64,000 nucleotides of DNA from Bacillota bacterium. GTDB lineage: Bacteria > Bacillota > Desulfitobacteriia > Desulfitobacteriales > JAJXUE01. Position 1 is the first letter of the stretch, and each line of letters opens with the position of its first letter. The stretch is taken from positions 5,697 through 69,696 of the forward strand of contig JAJZPO010000003.1 in NCBI GenBank assembly GCA_021811155.1, given 5' to 3'. Shown piece after piece: positions 25,413 to 39,557 of this stretch. The notes under the pieces were generated by a model. The model saw nothing but the letters and a program-made list of their open reading frames with translations. It was not told where the DNA came from and did no database searches. Made by a program: the position numbers and the translations under genes.

Positions 25413-26144
25413 TCACTCATGGCTTTGGATAAATTCCAGGACGCGCTTAAACACAGCTTCCCGTTCAACGCCCAGGGTCAGCAGGTGGCCTGCCCTGGGA
25501 TACCATTCTATCTCCTTCTCCCGGCTCCCGGCGTTAGCGAAAATCAACCTGGCGCTTGCCGGGTTAACCGTTTCGTCGCGCTGGGATTGGAGCACCAGAA
25601 GGGGGGCAGTTACCCGGGGTAGTTCTCGCCGCACCATGCGCATCAGTTTGAGCAGGGAATTGATGCCGCTGATGGGCATGCTCCTGTAGCTGAAATGGTC
25701 AGGGTACTGGGGGCCTTGCTTTTTGCTTTCATAATATCCCAGGCGCCGCAGCAGGGGAGCAAAGATTGCCGCCCGGCTCGCCAACCTGATGGGAGCGTTG
25801 ATTGAGATTACTCCTACGGGGGAAAATTCCAGGGAAGCGTGCAGGGACAAGATCCCCCCCATGCTGAGTCCGGCGATAAAAACCCGGGAGCACTTGACCT
25901 CAAGCTCACGGTAAGCCGATTTGACAGAATCATACCAGTCACCCCAGGCGGTATTGGCCATGTCTTCCAGGCTCGTGCCATGTCCGGCCAGCCTTACGCC
26001 CTGTACCGTGTACCCCCGGGCAGCCAGGAACTGGCCCAGGGGTCTCATTTCCGAGGGCGAGCCCGTAAACCCGTGAACCAGGAGGATACCTGTTTCATCG
26101 CCGGGATAAAAGAAGGGTTCGGCGTTCTTCTGCACGATCTGCAT
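25413..26144 (-). CDS. alpha/beta-hydrolase carboxylesterase
   Basis: The ATG at 26144 is preceded by GAGGAG. HGFTGSP and the nucleophile elbow GLSMGG are present. Size and pattern are those of Est/YvaK-type esterases. Confidence 0.8.
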   Translation of the reverse strand: MQIVQKNAEPFFYPGDETGILLVHGFTGSPSEMRPLGQFLAARGYTVQGVRLAGHGTSLEDMANTAWGDWYDSVKSAYRELEVKCSRVFIAGLSMGGILSLHASLEFSPVGVISINAPIRLASRAAIFAPLLRRLGYYESKKQGPQYPDHFSYRSMPISGINSLLKLMRMVRRELPRVTAPLLVLQSQRDETVNPASARLIFANAGSREKEIEWYPRAGHLLTLGVEREAVFKRVLEFIQSHE

Positions 26145-26169
26145 GCAATTTCTCCTCAAATACCAAAAA

Positions 26170-26271
26170 CACCCCAATCTCGAAGTTCGATGCTCGATGT
26201 TCGATGTTCGACCCAGGAGTTACCTTGGAGTCGAACCTCGTGCCTCGTACTTCGAACCTCGATGTGGGGTG
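26170..26271. repeat. nested imperfect palindrome, word family B (hppA-esterase spacer)
   Basis: CACCCCAATCTCGAAGTTCGA (26170-26190) faces TCGAACCTCGATGTGGGGTG (26252-26271). The inner stem is GTTCGAC (26204-26210) / GTCGAAC (26230-26236). The TCGAACCTCGAT word recurs at 63907-63918. Confidence 0.7.
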
Positions 26272-26286
26272 TTCTGGCATCAAACG

Positions 26287-28293
26287 TTACTTAAGGAAAG
26301 GAGCGATAATCAGGGAAATGGTCCCCATAACTTTAATCAGGGCGTTAAGGGAAGGCCCGGCAGTGTCTTTGAAGGGGTCTCCCACTGTATCGCCGGTAAC
26401 TGCGGCCGCGTGGGTTTCTGTCCCCTTGCCGCCTAAGTTACCCGCTTCGATATATTTCTTGGCGTTGTCCCAGGCGCCGCCCGCGTTGGCCATGAACACA
26501 GCCATGAGCAGGCCGCTCAGGGTACCGCCGGCGAGCATTCCTCCCATAGCGGTCTTGCCCAGGCCGAAGCCGACCAGAAGAGGAGTTCCTACAGCCAGGA
26601 GGCCGGGAACGATCATCTGCCTGATGGCGGCTCTGGTGCTGATGTCGACGCAAGCCCTATAGTCGGGTTTGGCTTTGCCTTCCATCAGGCCGGGGATTTC
26701 TTTAAACTGGCGGCGAACTTCTTTGATCATTTCAAAAGCCGCCTTGCCCACGGCCTCCATGGCGAAGGCGCAGAACAGGAAGGGCAGGGCGCCGCCGATA
26801 AATAATCCAACGATGGTCAAAGGCTGCAGGATGTCGATAGTCTTTAGGCCGGCGATTTCACTAAAGGCGTTAAACAGGGCCAGGGCAGTCAGGGCAGCGG
26901 AACCGATGGCAAAGCCTTTGGCTACGGCGGCGGTGGTGTTGCCGACAGAGTCCAGCTTGTCAGTGGTTTTTCGCACATTGGGTTCCAGTTCAGCCATTTC
27001 AGCGATGCCGCCGGCATTGTCAGCCACAGGTCCGAAGGAGTCGATGGCAACCACGATACCGGCTGTGGAGAGCATGCCCATGGCAGCCATGGCGATGCCA
27101 TAGACATCAGCCAAATAGTAAGACACCAGGGTGGCAGCGCAAATCACGATGACAGGCAGAGCGGTGCTCTTCAGGCCGGTAGCCAGACCGGCGATGATAT
27201 TGGTGGCGGCCCCAGTTTGGGAAGCTTCCGCGATGGCTTGGGCCGGTCTTTTAAGATTCGAGGTATAGTACTCGGTAATGAGACCGATGGCCACGTTGAC
27301 GACGAGACCACAGACGACGGCGCCAAATACAGGCAGCGCCTTGCCGGGGATGAGCCAACTGGTCAATCCGTAAGCGGCAATAGCCACAAGGAGGTTGGTC
27401 CCCCACAGGCCTTTGTTCAAAGCGGTTTGGGGATTGGCGTTCTCCCCGGTGCGCACAAAGAAGCTGGCGATGATGGAGGCGATGACCCCGGCTGCGCCTA
27501 AGAGCAGGGGCAGCAGCAGGGCGTTTAAGGGGCTGCCGGTCAGGCTGAGTTTTTCAATTACAGCGGGGCTCACCCCGATCAGCATGGCGGCGATGGTGGT
27601 AGCGGCATAGGATTCGAACAGGTCGGCGCCCATGCCGGCGGTATCGCCCACGTTGTCGCCCACGTTGTCGGCAATAACCGCGGGGTTTCTCGGGTCGTCT
27701 TCCGGAATACCGGCTTCCACTTTACCCACGAGGTCAGCGCCCACATCGGCAGCCTTGGTGTAAATCCCGCCGCCTACGCGGGCGAAAAGAGCGATGGCTG
27801 AGGCCCCGAAGGCAAAGCTGTTGATGATTTCGGCATCTTTAAACACTATGTAAAGAACGGACACACCCAGGAGCCCAAGTCCGGCTACGGACATGCCCAT
27901 GACCGCGCCGCCGCGGAAGGCAACGCCCAAAGCCTTGTTCAGGCTTGTCCTGGCAGCTTCCGTTGTACGGGTGTTGGCCCGGGTGGTAATGCTCATCCCC
28001 ACATAACCGGCGATGGCGGACAGGATAGAGCCTACGAAAAAGGATATGGCGGTGTCCCAGCCCTTTCCGAAACCTAATACAACAAAAATAATGACGACAA
28101 AGGGAATGAGGGTACGATACTGACGGTTCAAATAGGCCATGGCCCCTTCAAAAATGGCCTGGGATAGTTCCTGCATCCTGGAGTTGCCAGGGTTTTCACC
28201 CATGACGCTCTTGGCCAGATAGACAGCGAACAACAGGCCCAGGATCGCCGCACCCACAGCGTAAAAAGGAAGATTGCCCATTTCTTTTACCAC
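26287..28293 (-). CDS. hppA: membrane-bound pyrophosphate-energised cation pump
   Basis: 668 aa and polytopic. [27 protein letters not shown] and [16 protein letters not shown] motifs are present. The start is either GTG 28293 or ATG 28281. Confidence 0.95.
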   Translation of the reverse strand: MVKEMGNLPFYAVGAAILGLLFAVYLAKSVMGENPGNSRMQELSQAIFEGAMAYLNRQYRTLIPFVVIIFVVLGFGKGWDTAISFFVGSILSAIAGYVGMSITTRANTRTTEAARTSLNKALGVAFRGGAVMGMSVAGLGLLGVSVLYIVFKDAEIINSFAFGASAIALFARVGGGIYTKAADVGADLVGKVEAGIPEDDPRNPAVIADNVGDNVGDTAGMGADLFESYAATTIAAMLIGVSPAVIEKLSLTGSPLNALLLPLLLGAAGVIASIIASFFVRTGENANPQTALNKGLWGTNLLVAIAAYGLTSWLIPGKALPVFGAVVCGLVVNVAIGLITEYYTSNLKRPAQAIAEASQTGAATNIIAGLATGLKSTALPVIVICAATLVSYYLADVYGIAMAAMGMLSTAGIVVAIDSFGPVADNAGGIAEMAELEPNVRKTTDKLDSVGNTTAAVAKGFAIGSAALTALALFNAFSEIAGLKTIDILQPLTIVGLFIGGALPFLFCAFAMEAVGKAAFEMIKEVRRQFKEIPGLMEGKAKPDYRACVDISTRAAIRQMIVPGLLAVGTPLLVGFGLGKTAMGGMLAGGTLSGLLMAVFMANAGGAWDNAKKYIEAGNLGGKGTETHAAAVTGDTVGDPFKDTAGPSLNALIKVMGTISLIIAPFLK

Positions 28294-28437
28294 GCTCCTT
28301 AAAGGTTATATACTAAAATTCTCCCTTAGCCCGGTCTGGACAAAAAAAATACTGGACTAGTGCAAACTATTCCTGTTATATGGAAAAATATCAAATATTG
28401 CCGCATCCAGACCGTAGACCGGAGAAAAATGTAACCT

Positions 28438-28665
28438 TTACTTATACATTAAGGCCATAAGAAGGTTGCTGAGCAGGAACAAGGCAGCGAAACCTGCGGA
28501 GACTTTGGACAGAAGTTCGTCCAGGCCTTTCTTTTTGCCGAAAATCGATTCACCGGCGCCGGCAATAGCTCCGGACAAACCCGCGCTGCGTCCGGACTGC
28601 AGCAGAACCGTGGCGATAATGCCCAGGGAACTGATAACCAGCAGGATTACTAACAGAATAGTCAT
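28438..28665 (-). CDS. secG: preprotein translocase subunit SecG
   Basis: ATG at 28665 after AAGGGGG. MTILLVILLVISSLGIIATVLLQSGRSAGLSGAIAG is the typical SecG sequence. It follows eno, as in many Firmicutes. Confidence 0.85.
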   Translation of the reverse strand: MTILLVILLVISSLGIIATVLLQSGRSAGLSGAIAGAGESIFGKKKGLDELLSKVSAGFAALFLLSNLLMALMYK

Positions 28666-28802
28666 GCAATTCACCCCCTTGGCTAAGCGCGTTGCCAATG
28701 GAAATATTTTAGCAAAGTAACGCGAAAAAATCAAGGACTATGGAGGGGTGTTTAACACTACACCCCTTCCAGTAATCCTATTATTTACCAATAGCTAAGC
28801 AA

Positions 28803-30122
<1,320 letters not shown>

Positions 30123-30139
30123 CTATGGGGATTACTTAT

Positions 30140-30335
30140 AAGTTGACATTTTAGGTCGGAACTCGGCCGAAGAGGCTTTTCTTCTGGGTCGGAATACAGA
30201 AATCGGCTAAGGGGGTGTTTCTTCTGGGTCGGAATACAGAAGTCAGAATGAGATTGGCTTGAATTATTCTGAATTCTGTATTCTGACTTCCGACCGGGAT
30301 GTAACGCTCCCGGGCCGAATTCCGACCGCAAAAAG
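30140..30335. repeat. intergenic composite repeat, family A (gpmI-eno spacer)
   Basis: TTTCTTCTGGGTCGGAATACAGAA occurs twice (30178-30201 and 30218-30241), with a degenerate third copy near 30151. The partner arm is ATTCTGTATTCTGACTTCCGACC (ending at 30295). Related sequence occurs at 35131-35345 and 62735-62860. Confidence 0.8.
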
Positions 30336-30353
30336 ATTCTCCCGGGCAAGGCC

Positions 30354-31895
30354 CTAGATTTTTAGCAGACTTACTCCCGTCATCTCGGGGGGCTTTTCCT
30401 CTCCGAGGATGTCCAGGATGGTAGGGGCGATATCCCGCAGGGAGCAGCCTGAACGCAGGCTCTTGCCTTTGTAGGCATCTCCCGCCAGGATGAAGGGAAC
30501 CAGGTTGGTGGTATGGGCTGTGAGCGTTGCCCCTGTCTCCGGGTCTATCTTCTCCTCGGCGTTGCCGTGGTCTGCGGTGAGCAGCAGGGCTCCCCCCTTC
30601 TCCATTACCGCCGGGGCGATCTGGCCGAGGCAGCTGTCCACGGTTTCCACCGCTTTTACCGTCGCCTCCAGGACCCCTGTATGGCCCACCATGTCCGGGT
30701 TGGCGAAGTTCAGGACGATAACATCATAAATGCCCTCATGTATTTTGTCCAGCACCGCGCGGGTCAACTCGTCCGCGCTCATCTCGGGCTGCAGATTATA
30801 AGTAGCCACCTTGGGTGAGGAAATCAGAATCCTGTCCTCACCGGGGTTTGGTTCTTCCACCCCGCCGTTGAAAAAGAAGGTCACATGGGCATATTTTTCT
30901 GTCTCCGCAATTCTGAGCTGCCGCAGACCTTTGGCGGCTAAAACTTCGCCCAAGGTATTGGCCAGGTTCTGGGGCGGAAAAGCCACCGGCGCAGAGATGG
31001 TTACATCATACTCAGTCAGGCAGACGTAGTTGACCGCGGGATGTTTTTCCCGCTCGAAACCGCTGAAATCCCGGTCTGTGAAAGCACGAGTAATCTGCCT
31101 GGCCCGGTCGGCACGGAAATTGAAAAAGATTACGCTGTCCCCGTCCCCGATGAGCCCCGTGGGTAGCGGCCCGTCCAGGAGCACCGTGGGTTTGACAAAC
31201 TCATCGGTTACCTTCAGGTCATAGGACTGCTCCACCGCTGCGGCGGCTGTGGCGGCCATTTCCCCCCGGCCGAGAACAAGGGCATCCCAGGCCAGTTTAA
31301 CCCGCTCCCACCTCTTGTCCCGGTCCATGGCGTAGTACCGGCCGGAAATGCTGGCGATCTTGCCCACGCCCAACTCCCGGCATTTGCCTTCCAAGGCTGC
31401 GATGTAGGTCTTGGCGTTGTCCGGCAGGACGTCCCGCCCGTCGAGGAAACAGTGGATAAAGACCTTTGTCAGGCCGCGCTGTTTTGCCAGTTCCAGCAGG
31501 GCAAAAAGATGTTCAATATGGCTGTGCACACCGCCATCCGACAAGAGCCCCATCAGGTGCAGGGCTTTGCCGCCGGCTTTGGCCTGGTCCATAGCGGCAG
31601 TCAGAGCCGGATTAGTGAAAAAATCCCCATCCTGAATGGCCTTAATGATTCGGGTGAGTTCCTGGTAAACCACTCTGCCCGCTCCAATGTTCAGGTGTCC
31701 AACCTCAGAATTGCCCATCTGACCTTTGGGCAGTCCCACGGCTTCACCGGAGGCCTGCAAGAGGGTGTTCGGGTAGTTGGCCCTGAGCTTGCTGTAGTTG
31801 GGCAGTTTGGCCAGGGCCAGGGCATTGCCCTCAGTTCTCTCGCTGTATCCCCAACCATCCATAACAATAAGCATTACAGGTTTTACTGAGGACAT
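30354..31895 (-). CDS. gpmI: 2,3-bisphosphoglycerate-independent phosphoglycerate mutase
   Basis: 513 aa. [10 protein letters not shown] ... [13 protein letters not shown] ... TADHGNAE. Confidence 0.95.
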   Translation of the reverse strand: MSSVKPVMLIVMDGWGYSERTEGNALALAKLPNYSKLRANYPNTLLQASGEAVGLPKGQMGNSEVGHLNIGAGRVVYQELTRIIKAIQDGDFFTNPALTAAMDQAKAGGKALHLMGLLSDGGVHSHIEHLFALLELAKQRGLTKVFIHCFLDGRDVLPDNAKTYIAALEGKCRELGVGKIASISGRYYAMDRDKRWERVKLAWDALVLGRGEMAATAAAAVEQSYDLKVTDEFVKPTVLLDGPLPTGLIGDGDSVIFFNFRADRARQITRAFTDRDFSGFEREKHPAVNYVCLTEYDVTISAPVAFPPQNLANTLGEVLAAKGLRQLRIAETEKYAHVTFFFNGGVEEPNPGEDRILISSPKVATYNLQPEMSADELTRAVLDKIHEGIYDVIVLNFANPDMVGHTGVLEATVKAVETVDSCLGQIAPAVMEKGGALLLTADHGNAEEKIDPETGATLTAHTTNLVPFILAGDAYKGKSLRSGCSLRDIAPTILDILGEEKPPEMTGVSLLKI

Positions 31896-32064
31896 AGTCT
31901 GCCTCCTTGAACGTCTACTGAAAAAGTTAGTTTGGCCTTGGCGTGATGCATACTTTGGCAGACCTCCATACCGGTTCCATCAGTGGATAAAATACCTTAC
32001 AAAGGCCTTCAGTCCCGGCAGCAGGCATGCACTCGGACTTCGGACTTCTGACTTCGGACCTCGG

Positions 32065-32820
32065 TTATGCCTGGTAATTGACAATCTGCGCAAAGGACAC
32101 CGGGTCCAGGCTGGCTCCGCCCACAAGGGCGCCGTCGATGTTGGGCATGCCCATCAGTTCAGGGGCGTTGCCGGGCTTGACGCTGCCGCCGTACTGGATG
32201 CGCACTTCCGCGGCGGTCTCAGGCCCAAAAAGTTCCTCCACCACACCCCGGATGAAAGAGATCACTTCCTCAGCGTCCTCGCTCGAGGCTGTCCTGCCTG
32301 TGCCGATAGCCCAGACAGGTTCATAAGCTATGACCATCCTGGCCGCATCAGCAGGAGCAATCCCAGCCAATCCGCCCGTGACCTGTCTTCTCACCACCTG
32401 GGTTGTGGTCCCGGCCTCCCGCTCTGCCAGCTTCTCCCCAACGCAGAAAATCGGGACCAGACCGTTAGTGAGGGCAGCTTTTAGTTTACGGTTTACTGTC
32501 TCATCACTTTCGCCGAAATATTCCCGCCGCTCCGAATGGCCCAAAATCACGTATTTGCAGCCGGCGGCAAGGAGCATACCGGGCGATACCTCCCCTGTAT
32601 AGGCCCCTTCAGCCTCCCAGTACATGTTCTGCGCACCCAGGGATATTCCTGTACCGGCTAGCTCGGGAGCCAAAACCTCCAGGGAAGTGTATGGAGGGCA
32701 GATGACAATTTCACAGTGCTTGGCCCCGCCTGCCAAAGGCTTGAGGTCCCTGACAAATTCCACCGCCTCGGCGGCTGTCTTATACATTTTCCAGTTGCCG
32801 GCTATGATTGGCTGCCGCAT
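32065..32820 (-). CDS. tpiA: triosephosphate isomerase
   Basis: 251 aa. IAGNWKM ... ILGHSERR ... VIAYEPVWAIGTG. Confidence 0.95.
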   Translation of the reverse strand: MRQPIIAGNWKMYKTAAEAVEFVRDLKPLAGGAKHCEIVICPPYTSLEVLAPELAGTGISLGAQNMYWEAEGAYTGEVSPGMLLAAGCKYVILGHSERREYFGESDETVNRKLKAALTNGLVPIFCVGEKLAEREAGTTTQVVRRQVTGGLAGIAPADAARMVIAYEPVWAIGTGRTASSEDAEEVISFIRGVVEELFGPETAAEVRIQYGGSVKPGNAPELMGMPNIDGALVGGASLDPVSFAQIVNYQA

Positions 32821-32832
32821 GTCTTTCCTCCG

Positions 32833-34014
32833 CTATTTGTCTTGTAATGCTGCCACACCGGGCAGGACCTTGCCTTCCAGAAATTCCAGGGAGGCCCCGC
32901 CGCCCGTGGAAATGTGGGTTATCTTCTCGGCTACCCCGAGCTTCTCCACCGCCGCTACAGAATCCCCGCCGCCCACGATGGTCACCGCCTTGGAGCCGGC
33001 CAGAGCCTGGGCCACAGCTTCCGTCCCCGCGGCGAAAGGCTCCATCTCGAACACGCCCATGGGTCCGTTCCAGACAATAGTGCGGGCAAAGCTGATTTCG
33101 TCGGCAAAGAGCTTGGCTGTGGCGGGGCCGATATCCAGGGCCAGCCACCCGGCCGGGATTTCTTCCACACCTACAACTTTTCGCTGGGCGTCCGCCTCAA
33201 ACTTATCCGCCGCCACCACATCTGAGGGCAGGAGAAACTTGACATTGCAGCCGGCATCCTGCACCAGCTTGCGGGCCAGGTCCAGCTTATCGTCTTCCAC
33301 CAGGGATTTCCCCACATCATAGCCCTGTGCTTTGAGGAAAGTGTTGGCCATGCCTCCCCCTATTATCAGGCAGTCCACTTTATTGAGCAGGTTCTCGATC
33401 ACCCCGATTTTGTCCGAGACCTTAGCGCCGCCCAGGATGGCGGTAAAGGGACGCTCAGGATTGGCCAGGGCCCTGCCCATGATTTCAATCTCTTTCTGCA
33501 TCAGGAAGCCTGCCCCGGCGGGCAGGAGGCGGGCAATACCCTCGGTGGAAGCGTGGGCCCGGTGAGCCGTGCCAAAGGCGTCATTTATGTAAATGTCGGC
33601 CAGCTCGGCCAGCTTGGCGGCAAAGCCGGGGTCGTTTTTCTCTTCCTCCGCGTAAAAGCGCACGTTTTCGAGGAGCAAGACTTGGCCAGGTTCCAGCTTG
33701 ACAACGCTTTGCTTAACCTCTTCTCCTACGCAGTCCCCGGCCATCTCCACAGGAGCCCCTAACAGTGAGCTCAGGCGCACGGCAACAGGGGCCAGGCTGT
33801 ATTTCGGGTTTGCCTGGCCTTTGGGCCTGCCCAGGTGGGAGGCCAGGATAACTTTGGCGTCTTGTTCCATCAGGTAGCGGATGGTGGGAATCGCTGCCCG
33901 GATGCGGGTGTCATCGGTGATATTTTTGTTCTCATCCATGGGAACATTGAAATCCACCCTGACCAAAACCCTTTTTCCCTCAACAGCAAAATCTTTGACC
34001 GTCTTTTTTTTCAC
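32833..34014 (-). CDS. pgk: phosphoglycerate kinase
   Basis: ORF track 32833-34035. GTG at 34014 preferred, preceded by GGAAGGAGA. RVDFNVP ... ASHLGRPKG ... [10 protein letters not shown]. Confidence 0.95.
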   Translation of the reverse strand: MKKKTVKDFAVEGKRVLVRVDFNVPMDENKNITDDTRIRAAIPTIRYLMEQDAKVILASHLGRPKGQANPKYSLAPVAVRLSSLLGAPVEMAGDCVGEEVKQSVVKLEPGQVLLLENVRFYAEEEKNDPGFAAKLAELADIYINDAFGTAHRAHASTEGIARLLPAGAGFLMQKEIEIMGRALANPERPFTAILGGAKVSDKIGVIENLLNKVDCLIIGGGMANTFLKAQGYDVGKSLVEDDKLDLARKLVQDAGCNVKFLLPSDVVAADKFEADAQRKVVGVEEIPAGWLALDIGPATAKLFADEISFARTIVWNGPMGVFEMEPFAAGTEAVAQALAGSKAVTIVGGGDSVAAVEKLGVAEKITHISTGGGASLEFLEGKVLPGVAALQDK

Positions 34015-34057
34015 AATGATTCTCCTTCCCCACAAAAGTAGAGGGTATCACCCTCTA

Positions 34058-35068
<1,011 letters not shown>

Positions 35069-35130
35069 TTAACACGCAAAAACTTTACTGCCTTAGCTTG
35101 CCCAGCTTGATTTTGCGCTATTAAGGAGAT

Positions 35131-35345
35131 TTTCTTCTTGGGTCAGGCAGAGAAGCATTTCTTTTAGGTCGGAATACAGATGTCGGCCAGAGGAGACGTT
35201 CTTCTCGGTCGGAATTCAGGAGTCAGAATAAAGTAGGCTCTAAGAATGAAGGGCCGGGGTTTGTGGCTTACTTATTCTGAATTCCGACCTTCGAGTCCAA
35301 CTCTTGAGTACGAATTCTGTATTCTGTGTTCTGACCCTCAAGTCA
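35131..35345. repeat. intergenic composite repeat, family A (glpK-gap spacer)
   Basis: Three tandem TTCTTYNNGGTCRG... modules lie at about 35131, 35158 and 35198. A long hairpin spans 35207-35289 (GGTCGGAAT / ATTCCGACC and TCAGAATAA / TTATTCTGA). By eye about 85 percent of positions match 62741-62823. Confidence 0.8.
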
Positions 35346-35347
35346 GG

Positions 35348-36877
<1,530 letters not shown>

Positions 36878-36916
36878 TCAGTTACTTCCTACATAGATTA
36901 TACCTCATCTCCGCAA

Positions 36917-37705
36917 TCAATTCCCCACACTTTGATAGCTTTTCAGCCCCTTCAACCAGGTCATGTAGGCTACCGCAAAGGAGAGTGCAGCAGCAGCCAT
37001 GGTTCCCCATAGAGCATGCGCAAGATCCACCTTGTCGACGAAGTACCCGGCGGGATAATAGGCCGTAAACCCAAAGGGTATGACAAAAGTCAAAATGCCC
37101 CGGACGACTTTATTGTAAATACTCAGGGGATATTTGGCAAAATTGCTCAGCTGATAATTCATAAACAGAATCGCCTGGCTGAATTGGATCCACAGGGCCA
37201 TTGACGCAAAAAAGAGTTTTACTGAAGTATAGATAACTGTTCCGGCCAAAATAACAACCACAAAAATAAGCGCTTTAAAGGGAGTTATAGAGATATGGGC
37301 ATAAGGCAGCGCCATCCCCACCAGGAGTATTCCAACCAGCAGTTCACCCAGGGCATCAAACTGGAACCGTTCTGCCACGACCTGAAAAAGGGGATTCACC
37401 GGCCTCAGGAGATAACGGTCAAACTCTCCCCGCACGATGATCTGACCGGAGAGCAGCCAGAGATTGTCGGTGAGCAGGTGATCCAGGCCCCTGGGCAGCT
37501 GGGCAAAGCCATAGATAAACACCACCTGGTGGAAGTCCCACCCGTTAAGGTGAGGAATCTTTTGAAATACCAGCCAGATGAAGGCAATCCCCGACCCCTG
37601 TGTGAACAGAAAGCCGAGGATGCCAATCAGGAAATCCGCCTTATACTCCATCAGCATTTTAAGGTATTGCGTGACAAACATAACATACAGCCGGAAATAA
37701 CGCAT
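36917..37705 (-). CDS. ABC-2 type transporter permease (DUF990-like)
   Basis: 262 aa and polytopic, adjacent to a paralogous permease and an ABC ATPase. Confidence 0.7.
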   Translation of the reverse strand: MRYFRLYVMFVTQYLKMLMEYKADFLIGILGFLFTQGSGIAFIWLVFQKIPHLNGWDFHQVVFIYGFAQLPRGLDHLLTDNLWLLSGQIIVRGEFDRYLLRPVNPLFQVVAERFQFDALGELLVGILLVGMALPYAHISITPFKALIFVVVILAGTVIYTSVKLFFASMALWIQFSQAILFMNYQLSNFAKYPLSIYNKVVRGILTFVIPFGFTAYYPAGYFVDKVDLAHALWGTMAAAALSFAVAYMTWLKGLKSYQSVGN

Positions 37706-37708
37706 CTG

Positions 37709-38524
37709 CTATCCCCCCAAAATGGTCAGGCGTTTGACCGCTTTTGTCCAGGCCCAGTGATTGAGAATGCCCAGGAGCACAACCCACAGGCCCTGGGTCA
37801 GAATCGCTGCCGCAGCCTGAAGGCCGGCAAACTTACCAAGGTAAAACATGGTGGGTGTGTAAACCATCGAACCAAACGGGAAGAAAAGCAGCGTCCGCTG
37901 CAGCCATTCAGGGAAGAAGGCCAGCGGGATTACCGCTCCGGAAAAGAAGGCTACAACAACGTTTTTGGTTACTGAAAGTCCCCAGGTATTGATGGTGAAA
38001 AAAGCGACCAGGCCGAACAAATTGTCAAACAAAAACTGAATTACAAAACTCAGGCTGAAGCTGAACACGTAGAGACCCACCGCTGTGATTCCCCCGGGCA
38101 TGAGATGAAGAACGGCGATGAGGATGAAAAGGAGGGGAAGGGCGATAAGCACAAACTGGTGCAGGAAATTACCGATGGCTTTGAACAGGTACATGATGCG
38201 GTACCGGATCGGTTTTATGAGATTCATCGCAATCGACCCGTCACGCACTTCTCTGGCGATTTTCTGGTCAGTACCCACACTTATCAGGCTGGAGGTCATG
38301 GTGCTCACAAATACATAGGCGATCATCTGCTGCAAAGTAAACCCGGCCAGTGTGGCCGTAGGGGAGCTCTTAAAAACAGCCAGCCAGAGGTAATAGGTAA
38401 CAAATGTGGTCATGATCCCGCCAAAAACAAACATCAGGTAGTTGGCAGGGTAACTCATCACCATCTGGATCTCGCTGACGGCGAAAGGCCAGTATGTTCT
38501 AAAGCGTTGAAAGATCCGTTTCAT
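37709..38524 (-). CDS. ABC-2 type transporter permease (DUF990-like)
   Basis: 271 aa and polytopic. Overlaps the stop of the ATPase gene. Confidence 0.7.
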   Translation of the reverse strand: MKRIFQRFRTYWPFAVSEIQMVMSYPANYLMFVFGGIMTTFVTYYLWLAVFKSSPTATLAGFTLQQMIAYVFVSTMTSSLISVGTDQKIAREVRDGSIAMNLIKPIRYRIMYLFKAIGNFLHQFVLIALPLLFILIAVLHLMPGGITAVGLYVFSFSLSFVIQFLFDNLFGLVAFFTINTWGLSVTKNVVVAFFSGAVIPLAFFPEWLQRTLLFFPFGSMVYTPTMFYLGKFAGLQAAAAILTQGLWVVLLGILNHWAWTKAVKRLTILGG

Positions 38525-39525
38525 AGCGCCAACTCGTTACGGTAAATCCCTTTGACAATATCTTCGATACCGGTTTCAGCGATGGATATGTCCAGGACCT
38601 CAGCCTGGGCCATGACCTGGGCGACGATCTCCGCGATTCCCAATTTGTGGCGGTTAAAAGACACAAAATAACTGTGACCCTCGCACCAGCTTTTCAGGTC
38701 CTGTTCTGCCAGTCCGGCCGTCGACAAGCGGATTTTCCGCGCCTCCCCGGCTTCTTTGACCTCGAATTTCAGCATCTTCATCGCACCGTATCTATCCTTG
38801 ATGTTCTGCAGGCTTCCGTCATACACCAGCCTGCCATGGTCAATCATGATGATGCGCGGGCAGAGTTCTTCTATATCTGAAAGGTCATGCGTCGTCAGGA
38901 CCACCGTGGCGCCAAAGGTTTGATTAATTTCCTTGATCGCCTGTCTCATCTTCTCTTTGACCAGGACATCCAGGCCTATGGTAGGCTCATCCAGGAACAC
39001 TACAGCAGGACGGTGCAAGAGGGCAGCGGCAAGGTCCGCCCGCATCCGCTGCCCGAGAGACAAGGTTCTGACCGGATTGGTCATAAATTCATGGAGATCC
39101 AAAACGCTGTCCAGGAATTCCATAGTATCGCGGTAAGCTTTAGCAGGGACATTGTAAATCTCTTTCAGGATACTGAATGTCTCGGACAGCTGCAGATCCC
39201 ACCAGAGCTGAGTCCGCTGTCCGAACACAACCCCGATGTTTCGCGCGTTTTGCTGCCGGTTTTCATAGGGTACCGTTCCGTTGACCGTACAGCTGCCCGA
39301 TGAAGGCGCCAGGATTCCGGTCATGATTTTGATGGTCGTGGACTTTCCAGCTCCGTTGGCGCCAATATAGCCAACCATTTCGCCGCGCCGGATCGCGAAA
39401 CTGATATCTTCGACGGCGCATTTCGCCTCATATTCTCCGGAAAACAACCCCCGGACCGTTCCCCAAAGCCCCGGTTGCTTTTTCTTCAGCTTAAAAGTCT
39501 TGGTCAGGTGTTTAACCTCGATCAT
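38521..39525 (-). CDS. ABC transporter ATP-binding protein
   Basis: ATG at 39525 after GAGGGGGG. GANGAGKSTT, LSLGQRMRADLAAALL and VVFLDEPTIGLD are present. Confidence 0.85.
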   Translation of the reverse strand: MIEVKHLTKTFKLKKKQPGLWGTVRGLFSGEYEAKCAVEDISFAIRRGEMVGYIGANGAGKSTTIKIMTGILAPSSGSCTVNGTVPYENRQQNARNIGVVFGQRTQLWWDLQLSETFSILKEIYNVPAKAYRDTMEFLDSVLDLHEFMTNPVRTLSLGQRMRADLAAALLHRPAVVFLDEPTIGLDVLVKEKMRQAIKEINQTFGATVVLTTHDLSDIEELCPRIIMIDHGRLVYDGSLQNIKDRYGAMKMLKFEVKEAGEARKIRLSTAGLAEQDLKSWCEGHSYFVSFNRHKLGIAEIVAQVMAQAEVLDISIAETGIEDIVKGIYRNELAL

Positions 39526-39557
39526 CGGGTCCCCCCTCATCTGGACCGCCCGGGTCT

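Noticed and set aside
30140-30241. Tandem repeats with a period of about 40 nt (also at 35131-35220) as a possible mini-CRISPR array.
   Set aside because: There are only two or three units, the unique spacers between them are only about 16 nt, the repeats pair with a downstream inverted arm, and there are no cas genes. They fit a REP/MITE-like element better.
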